A stretch of DNA of 62,693 bases, the filler included, from Sphacelaria rigidula (taxonomy: Eukaryota), in the NCBI GenBank assembly GCA_964200075.2. It is 6 parts of 6 records of this genome, joined end to end, with 100 filler letters (N's around TTAATTAATTAA, not from the genome) between each part and the next. Parts side by side here need not be neighbours in the genome. Positions count along the whole stretch, not along the records: positions 52,330 to 62,693 come from CAXNAA020006646.1; 5 more parts are not named here. The stretch is one strand, 5' to 3'. The notes below the pieces were generated by a model that made no database searches, was not told the origin of the DNA, and saw only the letters and a list, made by a program, of their open reading frames with translations. Each line of letters begins with the position of its first letter. The first letter of the stretch is position 1. Made by a program: the position numbers and the translations under genes. This document shows, in pieces, positions 58,196 to 62,693 of the stretch.

Positions 58196-60268
58196 TGTAA
58201 CTTGTTATGGGCGCGCCTGACCCCTCAAAATGAGCCAAAAACGTGTCACTGACCAAAAGCACGCACAGACCGCACACCTTGTTCATCCCCTAAATATGCA
58301 CGCCGTCAAATCACCCAAAGCACTTCCGATTTGAGTGGGGTTTCCATTTCACGGTTTTGAAGTTTTTTCGACCCGGAGTTCGACCCACGGCGTGGCTCGG
58401 CTACTCACCGGCGTGTATTTGGTAAGCTACGATGTTGGTGCTCAGTTTGGCGAAAGAAGTTTTGGTGATCGAAAAGATCGCAAAAAAACTATATATTTTT
58501 TCACTCAATTCGTTCTACAGCTCGGATCCTGTTGAGTTAAAAAATTACAAGCACCAAACTTGTGACTGTGGTTTTGGCTGAGGTGATGCAAAAGTTCGTT
58601 TCCCAATCGATGACCTCGGTTGGGAGTATTCTCTGAAACAGATTGGGCTATCAGCCCTAGCAAGCGCCTCCAGTCCTCGCCAGTTTCGACGACACGTGAG
58701 AACCTCACCCCTGTCCAATGGCCTCAGGATAGATGACACCCATGAATGGCTCTTGATAGTGCAGATGCTTGATACATCGGATATGTGGAATGTTGCAGAG
58801 GTGGAGAATGTGAACCTTCGACCGAACCCCCAGCAGCAAGAACCATCTTCGCGACCTCGCAGCAGCGAACGGAACAAATTATAACACTAACCCTAACCCT
58901 AACCCTAACCACAATGAAGGCATACTGAGAACCCTCGCGCAAGGGGGGTACCATGTCTTCCTCACGCGAAGGGTGCGTTGCCAGACCTCAAGCCCCTGTC
59001 CCCCATTTAGACAAAAACGCGTTCTGGGCACGCTGGGAGCATGCTAGGAGCGCAGCCCCATGAAAGATCCGGATTTAGGTCTCCCCACTAAGATCAAGAT
59101 TGACGAACTTACCCTCCCGGATGGCAAAATATACTGCTTCAAGATAACACCAAAGACAGCATACAGTTGTCGGCCCACTTTCGCTGAAGCCACATGGCAC
59201 CGAAGCCCCATTTATGTCTTTCAGTGGATCCACCCGTCCTAAGACACGCATATGTTATATCGGTACTGGTGGGCGACGGACGACCGTTTGTTTTCATTCC
59301 CTCTTGCAACACATTATCCGATGAACCCCTAGATCGCGAGGGCCGTCCATCTGGACCATGCATACTTTTTTCAAGTGAAAAATGATCTCGATTCAGGGGG
59401 TTATCATATTCATCAAATGAAAAGCCATGCCCACGGAACAACAAATACACTCGCACAAGGCAAGTCATTCATCGGCCAAAAGCTGTGGAATGATGGTAGC
59501 GGATGAATCAAGCTCCTAAAAACATGAGGTGGTGGACCAACACCCGCCCAGCCCACATGACACACCTGGTGACTATTTGTACCTCACTCGCCTGTGTAAG
59601 GGCCGTCCTCGTTGAAGTTCATGAGTACATATCGCTCTGTCGCATGTTCGCACATCGTGAGGTGTATGTTGGCCCAATTTCGATCCGCATCTCCCCCAAA
59701 AATGGATAAGCTTGGTTCCAGGACTGGCGTTGGGCTACAAATGTTTACTGTTGATATTAGTTGATTTGAGTGTGCACAGCGGGAATCAGAATTTGAGTAC
59801 CGCTGACAGTTCCGTGTGCTCCTCAGGTGCGCAGAACGCATTTTCGTTGAGGTGGGCGCCACAGGCGCCGATTTGGGGTCTACCAAGGCCTTACTTCATT
59901 CAGGGAATGTCTGTACCACCCTTGCCCGAGTGTTCTCGGTGTGCGTTGGGTTGGGTCAACCCAACTAGCCTCCTTGCATGTCAGGGTATCGCAAGCGCGG
60001 ACGAAACGCGACGCAGTGGCATGTAATATACGACGTATGGGGAACAAGAACGAAACTAAAGGCAGGGTTCTGATTTTAGAATCCAGTCCACTTTTTCTCA
60101 ATATGGATTTTGTATCCATGCCGTTCTCTCCTGATGACGTAAGGCACACTTCACCCCACGAGCCTGGATAAGCCCCCGAAGTCGGTCTATTCGTGTCTGT
60201 CCGCGATATTGGTCAGTGACACTTTTTTTACCCATTTTGGGGGGTCAGGCGCGCCCATAACTGTCACA
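58196..60268. mobile_element. ~2.07-kb TIR element with TGT...ACA termini (possibly Ginger-like), decayed
   Basis: Left tgtaacttgttatgggcgcgcctgacccctcaaaatgagccaaaaacgtgtcactgaccaa; right reverse complement tgtgacagttatgggcgcgcctgaccccccaaaatgggtaaaaaaagtgtcactgaccaa. No clear TSD. Confidence 0.7.
58886..58910 (+). repeat. Interstitial (CCCTAA)n telomere-type repeat
   Basis: ctaaccctaaccctaaccctaacc, followed by a nearby imperfect hairpin (accctcgcgcaagg..cctcacgcgaagggt). Confidence 0.8.
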
Positions 60269-62693
60269 ACCCGTCCCTCAAGTCGCCATTTTACCGTTGC
60301 CTTGGAGGTATCTGTTAGCTTGAGCACATACATCAGTACGCCAACTTTCGTATTTTTTATTCGTGCTCTATCCCGTTCACATCAATTCGCTGCGTTACAG
60401 TTCTACTCGCTCAGCGTCGGATCGCCCCACCTCACTCAATGACACCCTTCGAAATCACACGGCAGGCGGATAGGGAAACGATGCCGATCCTCACGGCCCT
60501 GCGGAACAGTTGCACTCCCTGTTCTTACATCAGATGCTGACTGACTGTTCAGGCCGCCATTCCGTAGGTATACTCATGCGTCTGCTCTTATCGCATTAGC
60601 TGGTAGTCGCTTTATGTTGGTTATCACAGGCAAAGGCACCCGAAGCACTGACCCTTCACGTCCTGTCCAGCGTTCGTCATCTCGAACAAAAGATTACTCA
60701 TGTGAAATCAACCTTGGTCAAGTGGGGTAGGAGACGTTATCCCGCTCCTATGAATCACGTATTCCCTCGATCGTCAATATCATGATTTTTACTCGGCTTT
60801 CGAGTTGGTGTTTTGATAAAGCTCTGCGCAAGGAGCAGGTATGCGGGGCGGGAAGCATGTTTTATTAATGCCAACCACCCCCGAAGGTGGGTGCCAATGA
60901 AGATTGACAACGGCAACTGGCAGTACTCTTGGTCCCAGCCAGCCAACATACCACGTTGCCGGTTTTCGAGCACGGATATCTCCCCTGTATCCATTTATTC
61001 CGTTCTTCTCCCAGGCTTTGAATGTACATACACGCCTCACTGGTGACGGCTGCAGACTCTTTTTTTCTTCATCGAATGATGCGTGTTTGCATGCCTCAAC
61101 ATCTCAAAGCTCGTTCCAATGGTGTTCCTCTCCAGGTTGTTTGTCCGATTCATAGGTTACGTTACCCGTTGGCCGTGAGGTTACGTTTGCTGATTAATCG
61201 GCTTCTTTATTACCAAAATTATTCCATGACCCAGAGCCAGCAAACAAACCACGAACGTTGGAGGTATTTCAAACTCGAAGCTCCGGGATTTTATTATATA
61301 GATTGCTGTGAAATATACCTGGAGCCTCGAGTTTCAGATACCCCTGTTGTGTACAAGGTAGTCAGCTCTCAGGATGTGTGCTATTTTTGGCTGTCAGCTG
61401 CAAAAATAGTGAATTGCTGCCAGCTGCCCACGGAGAAAACATACACCTGTGGCTCTCTGCTGTCTGGGGAAACGTGTATCTTCAGCTCCCTGCCCCCTAC
61501 AGACCACCCACCAACCCCTCATCCTTCACCCCATGACGGAAACCGAGACAACGGTTTGTATCGAAATACGACAGTCAAAAACTGTAGAAAATTGACGCAT
61601 ATTCGGGTCAAGCTGGTCGGCCGACCGCTAGTGGCGAGTATGGTGGTGGTTCGACAAGACCAGACGATGGGGGCAAGTGTGGGATCTCGTAGGGGTCGAG
61701 AGGCAATGACTCTGCCGCCTTGCCGCGTCAACCGCTTGAGGCAACCCGTGTACCAAAGGCCGTCCAGACGGCAATCGCCAACATCGCGGTCCTGCAGGGA
61801 CATGGGCTCTGCAAGGTCCCGTCAACCGGGGTGGCCATACGGCATTAAAAGTGTTGTCCCATTTATTCTTGACGTCGGTCCACACCCCTCGGTATACAGT
61901 AGTCAGCGTCGGAAGTATGCAGAATCCGTCATTTCTTGGTTTCTCGAAGATTGTCCAAATTTGTTTTGCTTGCCACCGTTCATCACAGTGACTGTTGGAT
62001 GCCAAAAAATGGACATCCGGAGATATTTTATACCTCTTGACAACTATTGAAAGAAACATTATCTGCGATCAATAATGAGTGACTTACGGGCTTCACCGAT
62101 CTTCGCGGGTCCTGCAGAAATACGACCCCAGGCTCTAGCTTTTCGGTGTTTTCGGTGTTTTCGGTGGACCGACTTGATCAGGATCATATAAATGAAGACT
62201 CGAAAATGATTGTTTTTTTAAATTCCACCTAATCACTGCGCTAAAACAGGAAAACTATGTTTCCTGGACCATTTACGGTCAATAACACCCTCCCGATAAA
62301 CGGAGTATATACCCGGTATCGCCCCTACAACGCCAACTTGGGCGATTGTGATTTGAGCACGGTTTTCTCATAGGCCAAAACTATCGACGCTAGCGCTTTC
62401 CAGTGCTCATGGCAAATGCTATGCGAAAACCCCCCGAAAATAGGCCATCCGCAGAAAATGCTAGACTGAGGTCTGTGCAGTATGGGAGAGAAATACGATC
62501 TCGATCGTTATTGTGAAGAAGTTTATACGCATTAATTTATCTGAATATTCACCGTTTCGTCGCTGAAGAGCGAGAAAACTGCTTATATTGGACCCGCGTG
62601 CACCATCAAACTTCATGTGCACCCTCGGATGATGGCAAAAACACTTGCAGCTAGTCAGTGCCGCAAGTCCACGGCCCCGACCGTGGTGCAACT

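Noticed and set aside
61022..62050. 342-aa ORF
   Set aside because: Non-ATG start, patchwork composition and no recognisable domain; probably a chance ORF across repeat remnants.
1..62693. Endogenous phaeovirus (NCLDV) insertion or bacterial contamination
   Set aside because: No gene-dense intronless stretch or viral/bacterial hallmark protein recognised.

Overview
Eukaryotic, intron- and repeat-rich DNA, most likely from a brown alga (Phaeophyceae). This is inferred from the recalled LINE family, CCCTAA telomere-type repeats, long introns and a heterokont-type plastid-targeting presequence. The window is not contiguous: six unrelated scaffolds (10366, 10366, 10366, 10366, 10365 and 10364 bp) are joined by 100-bp N44-TTAATTAATTAA-N44 linkers. 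Genes supported by sequence: a ~3.85 kb low-complexity exon; a DUF3598/BFA1-like, probably plastid-targeted gene; a divergent U2AF65-like RRM gene whose model needs two consecutive GC-AG introns and which carries a partial exon duplicate; a coiled-coil gene; and an acidic-protein gene fragment. The rest is mostly transposon debris: LINE fragments, a repeat sharing the LINE 3' end and C-tail, a hAT/P-like element with an 8-bp TSD, piggyBac-type and other MITEs, tRNA-derived SINE heads, CCCTAA-containing elements with an inverted core, and a TGT-ended TIR element. I saw no prokaryotic, CRISPR or viral system. The novel signals are modest and concern splicing and TE architecture. Family assignments are from memory of motifs, not database searches.
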